From Eledone cirrhosa (lineage: Eukaryota): a stretch of DNA of 64,000 nt. The notes under the pieces are model-generated. The model saw only the letters and a list, made by a program, of their open reading frames with translations. It was not told the origin of the DNA and did no database searches. The stretch is taken from assembly GCA_964016885.1 (NCBI GenBank), contig OZ024740.1, positions 73,594,001-73,658,000 of the forward strand, written 5' to 3'. Position numbers and translations under genes: made by a program. Positions 48,690-61,184 of this stretch are shown one piece after another (positions within the stretch are counted from its first letter, which is position 1; every line of letters begins with the position of its first letter).

Positions 48690-50459
48690 TCACCATGATC
48701 GTTTTTTTGGCATGCAAGATTCAGAAGCCATGCATGGTGGTTTATTTCTACATGGTCCAAGTGGAGGCAATTTTGTTGTAGAACGCAATTTGTTGTACTC
48801 TTCCCAAGCAGATTTGTCACACATGATCAGGGTTCGTGGGTCAAAATCTATCAAATAGACATTGCAGAGTTTCCTAGCTCGGGAAAGTGCAACATAGGCC
48901 ATTCCATCTGCGAACAACAGAGGACCAAGATCAGCAATGACCCCATCAACACTTATTCCCTATGATTTATGGATGGTGATGGCATAGGCAAGGCTTAGGG
49001 GGAACTATTTTCGTGTCACATACACACCAGGAGAGATTTCATGGTCTGCAGTCACCTTTTCTATTGAAATGTCATTGCCTATCATGTGATCAAATTCCAC
49101 AATGATTTGTCCCATTTTCCCATCTTTTCCATTGACCATGCTTTGCACTGTTCCCATGACACCATTACATAGCCCCTTCACCAAATTAATGTTTCGTCTC
49201 AGCATTACTCTGGCCCCAACTCCAACTTGCAATTCAGTCTCAAGTCCAGCAGTGTCTGATGCCTTTTTTGGTTTGGAAAATTTGTTTGACTTTGATTTTT
49301 TTTACGACTTTTTTGGCGCATTCCTGAGTTCTCAGCAATAACTACAACTGTACTGATGTTGGCATGCTTAAGCATTTCCTTGTTGAATTCATCTACAGAT
49401 TCATTGACAGGCAAAATACAGACAAATTTTTGACTAGGTAATGTGCAAAGTTGCATTAGTTTCTCAGTTGCCTCTCTCATTGTTGCCCTGCGATCTGGGA
49501 ATAGGCAATGTTCACTCAAAATCTTGATGTCCATGTCTGTAGGTGATCCTATTCTTATTCGACCCAACATTTCAGAATAGTTTTCACTGTCATTTTTTTG
49601 CCGCATGTTTATAGTGAGCTCATCATAGTCGAAAAATTTCCACAGTGACTGCCCACTTATTCCCAGACCAGTCCTTTTAGCATCAGATGCAGAAATACTG
49701 GAAAAGAGTGTTTTTTTCATTTACTGGTGGAAGTTGAAGTAGATCGCCAAAAACCAGAATATTTATTTTTCCAAAAGGGCTGGTCATTTGACTCTGGTGC
49801 CCAAAAATCTCATCTAGACGCCTATGGATAAATGCCAACATCAGATGACTGACCATACTTATTTCATCGATAATTATCAGACGGACACCCTCTAGAGTGG
49901 ATCGCAAAATTTTGAGTTCATCACTTTCTAATTCCCTATATGATGGTGACTTTCCATGTTGGACTGGGAGTTTCAAGAGCCTGTGCAAAGTAGTCTCCTT
50001 GATTTGGAAAGTAGCCATACCAGTTGGTGCACAAATGACTACTGGGGCCCCATTTCTCTTGCAACAAATTTGAGTAACTTTGTCAGAAATTATATCAATG
50101 AGAAAACTTTTCCCTGTACCTCCTACACCAGAGACAAATTTGAGAAATTGTGGGCAATCATCACATCTGCACCTTGGTAGTGGTTTTTCCGAATTCCAAT
50201 GCAATTCCTGTTTTTTAATTGCTGATACAATTAGATTGTATATGGATATTTGATCTGTATTAAGCTGTGTTTCTTTTGTCTGTAGAGCAGTTTCATCTAC
50301 ATCTCGAATTTGGGGAACATCAATACCAGCCTCATCTCTTGTCTCCTTCTCCCCCTCTTCTCTCCGTCCTTCTCCGACCTCTCCCTCCTTTTCACCCTCC
50401 TTCTCCAACCTCTTCCCCATCTCAACTGCATCAGTGATTTTTAACGCGTAGGGATACAT
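48690..50459 (-). pseudogene. PIF1-family (Helitron) helicase with frameshifts/stops
   Basis: GVGGTGKS, APTG, TLHRLL, IIDEISMV, FGDLLQLPPV, LTINMRQ, GARVMLRRNI..GLCNG, *FPLSLAYAITIHKS*G, AYVALSR. Confidence 0.9.
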
Positions 50460-50525
50460 CCTCTTCTACTGGCGCTGATTGGCTGAGCTGAGCCAAATCA
50501 CGCACAGAGAATGTATGTGAGCCCG

Positions 50526-51112
50526 ATACACACATACATACATATATGACGACGTACACAAATATACATATACACATACATACACACATATATGGCGACA
50601 TACACAAATATACATATACACACATACATACATACATATATCACGACATAAACAAATATACATATACACACATACATACTGCATATATGGCGACGTACAC
50701 AAATATACATATACACATACATACATACATATATGGCGACGTACACAAATATACATATACACGCATACATACAAACATATATGGCGACGTACACAAATAT
50801 ACATATACACATACATACATATATGGCGACGTACACAAATATACATACACACACATACATACATACATATATGGCGACGTACACAAATATACATATACAC
50901 ACATACATATATGGCGACGTACACAAATATACATATACACACATACATACATATATTGCGACATACACAAATATACATATACACACATACATACATATAT
51001 GGCGACGTACACAAATATACATATACACACATACATATATTGCGACATACACAAATATACATATACACATATACATACATACATATATGGCGACGTACAC
51101 AAATATACATAT
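50526..51112 (+). repeat. ~36-44-bp minisatellite array inside the Helentron
   Basis: Core ATATGGCGACGTACACAAATATACATATACAC with variable (ATAC)n, ~14 units. Confidence 0.95.
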
Positions 51113-54100
51113 TCCAAACGTCGTCATTTCTGGATTACCTCCCCTAGCGTCACGCTTACTACTCACTCACTTGAACACAAGATTTATCAGCAAACTTTGA
51201 TTATAAACTTTTTCCCGCTGGACCAAATTTCTAGATTTTTAAGCCAAAAGATGCGTAATGATCTACTGTTCATGCTCATATAAGTTTTATCTCAGTTAAA
51301 TAAAGTAGAGCCGCGCTGTACTGTCGTAAACAGACGATTGCCAACGAAAACACGACCACAACAATATTACTAAACAGACTACCGTCCGTTTAGGATACTT
51401 GTATATATATACATACACATATTATTTTGGTTAATTGTGTGTGTAGATAACACACATTTTAATGTCCGTGTGTCAGTCCAGGTAGAGTCGCTACCTCTCC
51501 AAATTGAGAGCTCTGATATTACAGACATGTGGTTAGAATGTCTCGGGAAAGAATTGGTGGATAGATTTTTGGGGCAAAAGCACCCAAGAGACCTAGGGGT
51601 AGAACCCAAGCAAGATGGTTGGATAACATCCATGAGCTTCGTTGGTCATGCTTGGGGATATAGCCAGATCAGTTGAAGATGGTTGGTTCTGACAGGGCCC
51701 GCTGGAGAGAGTGTTTGAAGACTCTGCCCCCACGACCCTCTCAGGAATAAGTGGGTGAAGAAGAAGTGTGTGTGTGTGTAGATATACTGGTAGTTTCAGG
51801 TGGTTTATATTTAATGTTAATATTATTTTGGGTTATAAGTTTTATGTGGGGATTTTCTTGTAAAAGCCATAAGGTATCTTTTAAGACAATGCTTACTGAT
51901 GAGTTTTCAGCATCTATTTCTTTGCCAGAATAAAACCACGGTATAAGTATGAATTTGAAGGTGAAATTATATTTTTATTTTAAAATGTAGTTTTGCTTGC
52001 AATGCTTACTTTTAATATACTATAAATTTTTGCATCTAAATTTAATTTTGGAAAACTGAATCTCTACAAATTATAGTTTTTACCAGATATAGTATTTGAA
52101 CTATTTAAGGTGTAATATGACTGAAATACTTTTATTTTAGTCTATTCTTTTAGACATATATACAATTGTACATGCATACACATAAAAATCATTTTATGTA
52201 TACTAGCATTTTTAGCACACTTTACTTTTAATGGTATCTTATAAACTTGTATAAGTGCTTGAAGAAAGGCCACAAATTTGATGCCTCTTGTATTCTGGAG
52301 GTATGGTAAATATTGGGCCTTGAAACCTTGGGTAGTGCTTTTGTTCTGTGTATGAACATAAATAAATAATATTATTGGCAGTATCGGTAGAGTGTCAGAA
52401 ACCATGCTTTGCAGCATAGAGTTATGGCCCTTTGCGTTCCGAGTTCATCCTTATGGGGTCGATGAAATAAAGTACCAGTAATATACTCGGATAATTGTTG
52501 GTCCTGTGCCAAAAGTAGAAACAATTATATATATACATATATATAAATAGTTATAACAGTGACATATACAGGTACTTAAGTTTTGTTGGGTTTTGCACCT
52601 GAACTCATTCAGCCTGTTATAAAAAAAATAAAGATGGCCTCCAGTAGTTGAATTTGGTTTCTTTTCTGAAGATTATTCAAGAGTTCAAACAAAGGCAGTT
52701 AATTTCGAAAATAGCTATAAATATTTACAACAGTGATATATACAGGTATTTAAGTTTTGTTAAGTACCTGTATATGTCATTGTTGCAACTATTTATACTT
52801 AACTCGTCCTATGGACTGAGTGCTTTTGTTTTACCCTTGGATATTTCTACCAAACCTTTACTACAGTATGTATGTATATATATTAGGGTTGCAGATAATT
52901 GGTATCAGCCATTTTGCAAATTAAACAGTTTTGATAATCAGCTGTTATTATTTTGAAGCAAGAAAACTATGGGTGATAGAGAAATTTGCAAAATACATTG
53001 ATTTAATATATAGAAATAGAAACATTATTTCCTAATCCACACAATCTAAGCCCGCTCGTGTAATATAATTCTGTACCTAGTGCTCAAACGTGCTGATCTA
53101 CACAACTGGAAATTACTTAGCCCAGCGGGTATAACTCTCTGTAGTTTAAAGAATGTCAAAATAGAAGAGAGATTCTCCTACCCACCTGGAAGCATGTGTT
53201 TAATTGACCTTTTAGAAAGGAATCAATTTTAAAATTATAGATTTCAATTACATGTTTAATTATATATTTAAATGAATTCAAAAATTTTCTAGTAATAATG
53301 ATTTCTGTTATCTTAACTTAAACAAAAAATAAAATTTCATGATCAAATTTCAGAACGCATAAATTATAATATAAAAACAAAAAATTCTCCATTTTCAGAG
53401 CAGAGCCGATTTTTTACAGATTTCTTTGTATAGTAAAATCAGCCTAATTTTCTCACCATGTACTCTCAAAAAGCTGCTCCATAATTATGATTAAATTATG
53501 AAATATTATATTATATTACTTACAATTAATTATAAGTGTTTTTATAAAATGCCAGTGGAAGGAAGCCGCAGTAGAGGTAGACCAAGGAAGACCTGGACAG
53601 AAGTGGTGAGAGCTGACTTCAAATCGTTTAAACTCACAGAGATGATGAAGAAACGCGGTAAGTGGAGAGGTGCTGTGCTGAGAAGGACCCATCCAATCCA
53701 TGCAAGTGTGAAAGAATGGATGTAAAAACGATGATGATGATATCACAATACGTAATTACATTATAAATAACTGGTGGCTGATTAATCAGTATTGATTAAT
53801 AAGGCAAGGCCAATTAATTGCTATCTGACCAATACTGGTCACCCTTTATATATATATATATGTCATCATCATAGCTTTTACATCCATTTTTTCACATTTG
53901 CATGGGTCCTTTTCAGCATAGCATCTCTCCACCCGTTACGTTTCTCCGTCATCTCCTCTGTGAGTCTCAGCAATTTAAGGTCCCTCACCACCCCTGCCCA
54001 GGTATTTCTGGGCTTCTATCCACTGGCACTTCTTCACCCATTGATCATCATCCATGTGCATCACACACATATATATATATAAATTGAGTTTTAATGAATT

Positions 54101-54135
54101 TTCCAAAGAAAAAAAAAATATATATATATATATAT

Positions 54136-54760
54136 TTATAATTGAATTTTATATTCAATTATAATATACGGCTCGGAAAAATCTCTTTCCTAGAGCTATT
54201 TTATTGTAAGAGACTATTTTGAGTTGCTAACTCAATATATACCTTTGATATATTCGGCTCCGTTAATTTGTTGAGTTAATTCAAATGTCGAGTAAACCTG
54301 GCTGCTATTTTTAGTGGTGTGAGTTTGTGAAACACGCTAAGTTCCGATACCTTGTGCGTTATTATATATACGCACACTATTCAGTTTTTTAATATACTTA
54401 GAAGTGACCAGGATACTAATTCTTGACGAGCAAGAATCAGTATTCCTCTTCACAATTAATTTTGCGAAACAGGATAGCCAAACGCTGTCTGGGTGATTGG
54501 TAGTTACCACAATTCCGGTTTGTATTTATTTTCTTGCTTTATTCTTAAATTGAGTTTGGCAAACCCTATTGTCCATAGTTAGTATTCTTTTCACCTTAGT
54601 AAATCTGGTCCCTTACGATTTGAACACATATATGTATATATCTGTGTTTATCTTTCTTTTATATTCAATTATAATATACGGCTTGGAAAAATCTCTTTCC
54701 TAGAGCTATTTTATTGTAAGAGACTATTTTGAGTTTCTAACTCAATATATACCTTCAATA
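54136..54760 (+). mobile_element. Penelope/retrozyme-like non-coding unit with terminal direct repeats and a hammerhead-like motif
   Basis: ~99-bp direct repeat 54147-54245 / 54657-54755 (offset 510), short inverted 5' piece, inserted in (TA)n. Confidence 0.5.
54414..54502 (+). ncRNA. Degenerate type I hammerhead ribozyme-like motif
   Basis: UUGACGA-[GCAAGA..UUUUGC]-GAAA-[CAG..CUG]-UC; distal stem I UACUAAUU/GAUUGGUA. Confidence 0.4.
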
Positions 54761-55478
54761 TATATATTTATATATATATATGAACACTATCTCTTCATTG
54801 AGCATGCCTATACATTTGTGATGATTCTTTGTGACTGGTGCTGATATTGCCAGTTTTGTCACTGACCTTGGAAAGAAAAGATCTACTAAGGATTTCACAT
54901 CAACTAAGGCTTGTTCAACCATTAATCAACGTTTTTCTGCAATATGTATGGTCTCTCTACCATTCAATTTCTGAGGAGAGGAAAATTAAGAAAATCTACC
55001 CTATAATCTATGACCTGTTCAACAACTTTTAGAATGACTTCAACAAAAGTTTATGCTTTTTCAAACTTCAACTGTTAACCAAAACAAAACAGATCTTATA
55101 TTTACTGATGATGGTTTCTTTAGAACAAAATTTCTGAATAAAGCTCTATGTTTTAATTCTTTTTATGCATTGTTTGGGATTTTTAATCATTTGACATATA
55201 TCTATCATCATCATCATCTTCGTTTAACGTCCATCTTCCACGCTAGCATGGGTTAGACGGGAGTTGTCCCACTTGAAGCAAGGCTGGTCGGGTGACTGTG
55301 TCTCGCTCATATAGGACTATCTGGCAGGTTTTCTACGGCTGGATGCTCTTCCTAACACCAACCACATTTACAGTGTGGAACTGGGAACTTTTTACCACGT
55401 TACCTACACGACCACATTACAGTGTGGACTGTGTGTTTTTTTGTTGTGACACCTACACGACACCTGTATATATATATA

Positions 55479-56893
55479 CTATCTGGCCCATCCGGCTGGC
55501 ACCCGGCTAGGTATACCGTCATTTTATCTTTTCAGGAATCCCCCCTCCACCCCAGTGCAAGATACCGCACACCCTCTTAAGTCAGCGAGGGGGTTAATGT
55601 GCTCTGATGTTGGGTTTGAATAGTTTTTAGGATTCCCTAGTTCAGCAGCCAGTACGTTAAAGAAAATTTATAGTTACAACAATAAAGGCTGAACAGAGAA
55701 CACATTTTTTTAACAAACAATAATTTGTACAACCATAATGGAAATTCCAAATAACAGAAAATATTTAAATTACATTGTTACAGCCTCAGAGTATACAATA
55801 TTTTTTGTTCGGCCCTCTGGAGCAAAGATGAAGAGATTGTTTGGCGAGCTCACCCTAGATCATCCTACATATAATTGACCATGGGAGAATCACTGATTTT
55901 GTAGCTCGTCTCGCAAAGCTCTGTAGACGTTGACCTCTGGACACTCCTGTCAGGAGCAGGTAAACTGCAGTGAATTAGAGGCCTACCACCAATCTCCAGG
56001 ACACTGTTTTCAAGACAAATGAGTGCTTCATTGAAAACGACATCATATGATATGTTTGGATTGTGTCTGCGTGTGTGGTGGAGGATGTCCTAAGCTAGAC
56101 TTTCATGGTGGTTGTTCCACAGTGCGAGAGGGTTGGCGAGATTGCAGTTGTGCAGCATAATAGCAAAATGTTTTGCAGTTGAGAAGGGACTTTAGCAGTT
56201 GCTGCTTCTTGCAGGGTGAGGTGCCAATGGCTGTTATCGTGTAACATACCACGCATCTGGCAAGCCAAACGGTAAGTGGAACATTGATGGCCATTGATGG
56301 TTCTCAGATCTTGGAAAGACTGTGATCCTCTAACCTCAAACAGTAACAATGACGATAAGCCGTCTGTGCTTTCGTGAAATAAATAGGTTTTTGTTTTTGT
56401 GTATGCAAAAATATCTGTACATGAATATATATATTAAAATAACAGATTAAAGTTTAAACAAAGAATCGCTGCTTTCACCCTTAACGGGATCTTCTGAAAC
56501 TAAAAAAATCCGCCTGTGAACACAGACGTAAATATTTCGAAAAACGTTATGTAATGCAGACAGTCAGACATTCAGAGACATAATATAAGGGCGCTACGTT
56601 ATAGCTATGTATCTATCTAAAAAGACAGACTAAGAAAAAGAGGGGAATGTTGTGCGACGTCATAAGAAAAAGTGAGGAATGACGTATAACCGGAAGTGTT
56701 GACATTTGAAATTTTAAAGAAGTGAATATTTAAATAATGTCTTTAATCTTTTAACAAAATTCAGTAGACAAAAATACCCTCACGTTTTTACTTGGAAAAA
56801 GTTACATCTATGGTGCAAATTTGGTGCTGTTTGGTCCAGCTGATTGGCGGAAAGTTTGTTACCTACATACGGCCGTCAGCTTTATAGTATAGA
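55479..56893 (-). mobile_element. Canonical Helitron internal-deletion derivative
   Basis: 5' A|TCTATACTATAAAG at 56893; 3' GC-rich hairpin-like stretch plus ATAG|T at 55479; RepHel remnants LLFEVRGSQSFQDLRTING..YRLAC..GMLHD and FSHGQLYVG*SRV..TKNIVYSEAV. Confidence 0.85.
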
Positions 56894-57185
56894 TATATAT
56901 GTATATATCTTCAACACATACATGAATAGGGGCATATATGAAAGAATATATAATGTGTTTATGTATGATAAACATACATAATACATGTCTTTCTTTAAGA
57001 CTTATGAAAGATTTATTCTATTATTCTGTTACGTGTTCCAGCTGACAGGCTGAGGCCATGCTGGAGCACCGCCATTGCATGTTTCTTATATATAAACATA
57101 TTGTATATGCTTTCATATATGCCTCTAATTTGAATCACACTGTGTTAGTTCTACTGCTAATTAATTAAAATAAATATATATATTG

Positions 57186-59402
57186 TGAGGACCAAAAACG
57201 TGAGGTGTTCAGAATTGCTAGACAATGTGTCAAGGAAAACCGTGATATTGTCGGGGAGAAGTGTGTCCGTAATGATAATGGTGTACTTGCGCTCACTGAT
57301 ACTGATAAGAAGATAGCCTGGAAGTGTCACTATGAGAGACTATTAAATGAGGAGAATAAATGGGAAAAAGAGAGTCTGCCCCAAAAGTACCAGCGGTGCA
57401 AGTTAAAGGTAGTATAATAAGTAAGGCAATCTAAGATATGAAGACAGGCAAGGCAGCTGGGCCTTCGGAGATAGTTGCTGAGATGTTGAAGGCATCTGGT
57501 ATGGTGGGACATAGTTAACCAAGAATTCAGAATGGGGTCATACCGAAAGACTGGCGTAGCAGCATCATCATTAACTGCTACAAGGGTAAAGGGGATGCTC
57601 TAGATAGGGGAAACTATAAAGGTATTAAGTTAGTTGACCAGGTCATGAAGGTCACAGAAAGAGTTATAGCGCAACTAATCAGAGAGCGAATTGATCTAGA
57701 TCAAATGCAGTTTGGGTTTGTGTCAGGTAAAAGTACCACAGACGCTCTTTTCCTTGTACGACAACTACAAGAGAAGTACCTAGCTAAAAGTAAACCCCCT
57801 CTACTTTATTTTGTAGACCTGGAAAAAGCTTTTGACAGAGTCCCCCGCTCCATTATCTGGTGGGCTCTTAGAAAACTAGGTGTAGATGAATGGTTTGTGA
57901 GAGCTATACAAGCCATGTATAAAGAAACAGTCAGCAAGGTTAGAATTAACAATGAATATTGTGAAGAATTTAGTGTTAAAGTTGGCGTTCATCAAGGCTC
58001 TGTCCTTAGCCCCCTCTTATTTATTATTGCTCTTCAGGCTATAACAGAGGAGTTCAAGACCGGCTGCCCATGGGAACTCCTATACGCAGATGATCTAACG
58101 CTCATAGCTGAATCAATGGCTGAACTAGAGAAGAAATTCGAAACATGGAAGCATGGCCTAGAATCAAAAGGCCTTAAAGTTAACTTGTCTAAGACTAAAG
58201 TTCTAGTTTGTAGAAAGGAAAATAGGGCACAGGTGCTCTCAGGGAAATGGCCATGCTCAGTGTGTAGGAAAGGAGTAGGCAGAAATTCGATTTTATGTCC
58301 CAAATGCAAAGTATGGGTACATAAAAGATGTAGTGGGATCACAGGTAAACTATCTTAGAATGTAGACTTTATATGTGGCCAATGCTCAGGTGCAATAAGT
58401 AGCAAGTGTCCAAAGGATACTAGCTCCTTCTATTGCCCAGATAGTTCTATAGAAATAGTAGACACTTTCCGTTACCTGGGTGACAAAATCAGCAGTGGTG
58501 GAGGGGTGTTCTGAAAGTACAGTAGCCAGAGTCAGAACGGGATGGAAAAAGTTCACAGAGCTTATACTGCTGTTGGCCACAAAAGGTTCTCTCTAAAAAT
58601 GAAAGGCAGATTGTATGATGCCTGTATATGAACAGCAATGCTACATGGCAGTGAGACATTGGCATTACGTGCAGAGGACCTGCGTAGACTGGAAAGTAAC
58701 GAAGCATGCATGCTCCGTTGGATGTGTAATAGTAATATACGTGAACGTGAAGCATAAATGAACTAAGTGAGAAATTAGGAATAAGAGGGATCAGATGCTG
58801 TTTACTCGAAAGAAGACTACGTTGGTATGGCCACATGATGCGCATGAAAGACGACAGCTGCATAAAAAAGTGCAGGGCGATCAAAATTGATGGTAGTTAC
58901 GGAGTAAGTAGACCCAGAAAAACCTGGGATGATCTGATAAATTCCGACCTCACACACTTACATCTCTCTAAGACAATGTCTCTGGACCGAGATCTTTGTC
59001 GCTACGCAGTAATACAGAAGACCCGCCTTGCCTATGTACAAAGCGAAACCTACATTCAGTAGGCACCTCTTAACCAAATATACACCCCAATCCACTACCC
59101 CTACCCTATCCTCCCACTCCCACCAACAGCACGAGAAAATGAGATCGAGATCGTGTAGGTGTCACGACAAAAAACAGACACAGTCCACGCTGTAATGTGG
59201 CCATGTAGGTAACACGGTAAAAAGTTCCCAGTTCCACACTGTAAATGTGGTTGGTGTTAGGAAGGGCATCCAGCCATAGAAAACCTTCCAGATAGTTCTA
59301 TATGAGCGAGACGCGGTCACCCGACCAGCCTTGCCTCAAGTGGGACAACTCCCGTCTAACCCATGCTAGCGTGGAAAATGGACGTTAAACGAAGATGATG
59401 AT
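57186..59402 (+). mobile_element. Decayed 5'-truncated copy of the PHD-RTE family
   Basis: Close paralogue of 30229-32500 with frameshifts; same PHD insert CSVC..CPKC..HKRC. Confidence 0.92.
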
Positions 59403-60259
59403 ATCATGAAATAAACCATCAGATTTAAAAAAAAATGTAGAATTGAACTCTGTACCTTGATTATCTGTAGTGGCGGCTGGCTACATTTTTCTGTCTATAG
59501 AGATACTTTACCCGATTTTCTAAGCTATTTCTTGCATTCAAGATTTTCTACTTTCTCTCTCTCTGTATATGTGTATATAGACACACACAAAAAGTGCCAG
59601 CCACACTGACCAACTTAAGACAGCACTATTTCCACTACCAGCACCACTATAACAATACATCAACCATGACTCAATAGCTAGCACACTTTTATATTGACAT
59701 CCATAGTGATTATAAGCAATATATTAGTAGTAGTGGTTGTTTAGTAATTTACTTTGAAATTTTGATGGAAGTATTCAGAGTTCTGATTCTAATAAATAGA
59801 TAAGTTTTAAAAGGGTTTATTTTAAGGAAATGTTTGAACTTTACAAAACTTTAGACAAGTGCCATGAGCCAGTGTTTCATATTCTGAGTCCAACAAGCAT
59901 TTGTAAATGGTTACTTTTAACATTCTATGCGTGTTTTAAGTCTTTTAACCATCATTTACCATGTAAGCACATGTAGTATTTGACACACAATGTAAACTTA
60001 CTGCACAAAATTAGATTTAGAATTCCTTAAGAGGTTTCAACTACACATTCAAGTAATCACTTATTTTCAATTAATTCTAAATATAGAATTTGGGAGCCAC
60101 TAATTTTGATAACAATAACTGTTCAATAATTTTGTGTATGGTTATACTAAGCAGCTTCCACTTTATATACAGAGCTAAGACATGGATCTGTGTGGTTAAG
60201 AAGTTTGATTTGCAGTTTTCTTCTTGTTATATGACATATGCACAATAGGTAGAAAGGCA

Positions 60260-60560
60260 TGTTGAAACCGGCGAGCCAGACCAAGGCATCATTTGCAGCA
60301 TTGCCTTCAGGCCACCGCGAAAACGTGTGAGGGGGCAATCCCGAACAGCATGCAGTACTGTCTGGTCAAGGTCCCCACAGTCACATGCTGGGCTGTCCTT
60401 CATTTTCCATTGAGAGAGATGATGGGCTGTCATGGCATGTGTTGTGTGGATCTGATTAAGGGATATTCATTGCTTTCTAGGAAGGGCAAAGCTGGCTGGG
60501 GTCCTTTGGGGTCCTGGATGAGGCTTTGGTTGGCAAATTTGGACTCAGTCTCCTTCTACT
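60260..60560 (-). mobile_element. Non-LTR retrotransposon 3' fragment with CCHC knuckle
   Basis: W..LNQIHT..HGMTAHHLSQW..SPACDCGDLDQTVLHAVRDCPLTRFRGGL; clade not assigned. Confidence 0.6.
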
Positions 60561-61184
60561 AAATTTCACTCATAATATATTTAAGGGTTAACATGAGACT
60601 ATGGTAGAAGAAACTTGTTCAAAGAGCCATGCAGTGGAATTGAACCTAAAACTTTGCAGTGTGAATTTCTTAAACCACATAGCCATGCCTGGAAGAGACT
60701 AGCCATGTCTTCTTTTTACTACAAAAAGACTGATTCAGTTATTTTATGAGAGTTAATATTAAAATGTAGTAATAATCTTAGTGGTTGTAGTGGTGATGCT
60801 AGTTTTAGACACAAGAGCCACCCTATAGGTGTTGGCAACTGCTGTACATATGGTTAAGAAACATGTTTAACATCAATTATCTTAATTTTTAATATTTTCT
60901 TAAAACCAATTTGCAGCTGGAAGATCAACATGTAAAAAAATAAACATATATTATATATATTATATATATATATTAAATTTAAGCCAAAATCCTGATTTTA
61001 GGGAGGCATAAGCTAGATGGACTAAAATAAGTAAGTTTTATTCGTATAGTTCCCCAATCATTGTTTAGCTCATAACCCCACAAATCGGGATTTTGACTTA
61101 AGTTTAACATGTTTAATCGCTTCTCTGAGTTTATAATTTTAAATATATCTTATCCTTTCATTGAGATATCTAAGTATTGGAGAC

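Larger units (their letters stand above)
46371..51401 (-). mobile_element. Helentron/Helitron2-type element, Rep-less derivative carrying PIF1 helicase, USP and SGNH domains
   Basis: 13-bp subterminal inverted repeats AGTAATATTGTTG (46371-46383) / CAACAATATTACT (51359-51371); hairpin CTAAACAGAC-TACC-GTCCGTTTAG then CTTG|T (DINE-1/HINE-like end); PIF1 helicase motifs inside. Confidence 0.75.

Noticed and set aside
50526-51112. CRISPR-like look: constant core with variable intervening lengths
   Set aside because: The intervening parts are (ATAC)n slippage variants rather than unique spacers; eukaryotic context and no cas genes.
50431-51283. Long overlapping ORFs (214-245 aa) rich in Y/I/C/V/H/T
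   Set aside because: Artefacts of translating the minisatellite in all frames.
54867-54970. Minus-strand exon-like segment with good acceptor and GTCAGT donor
   Set aside because: Stops in all three frames and no partner exons identified; could only be non-coding.
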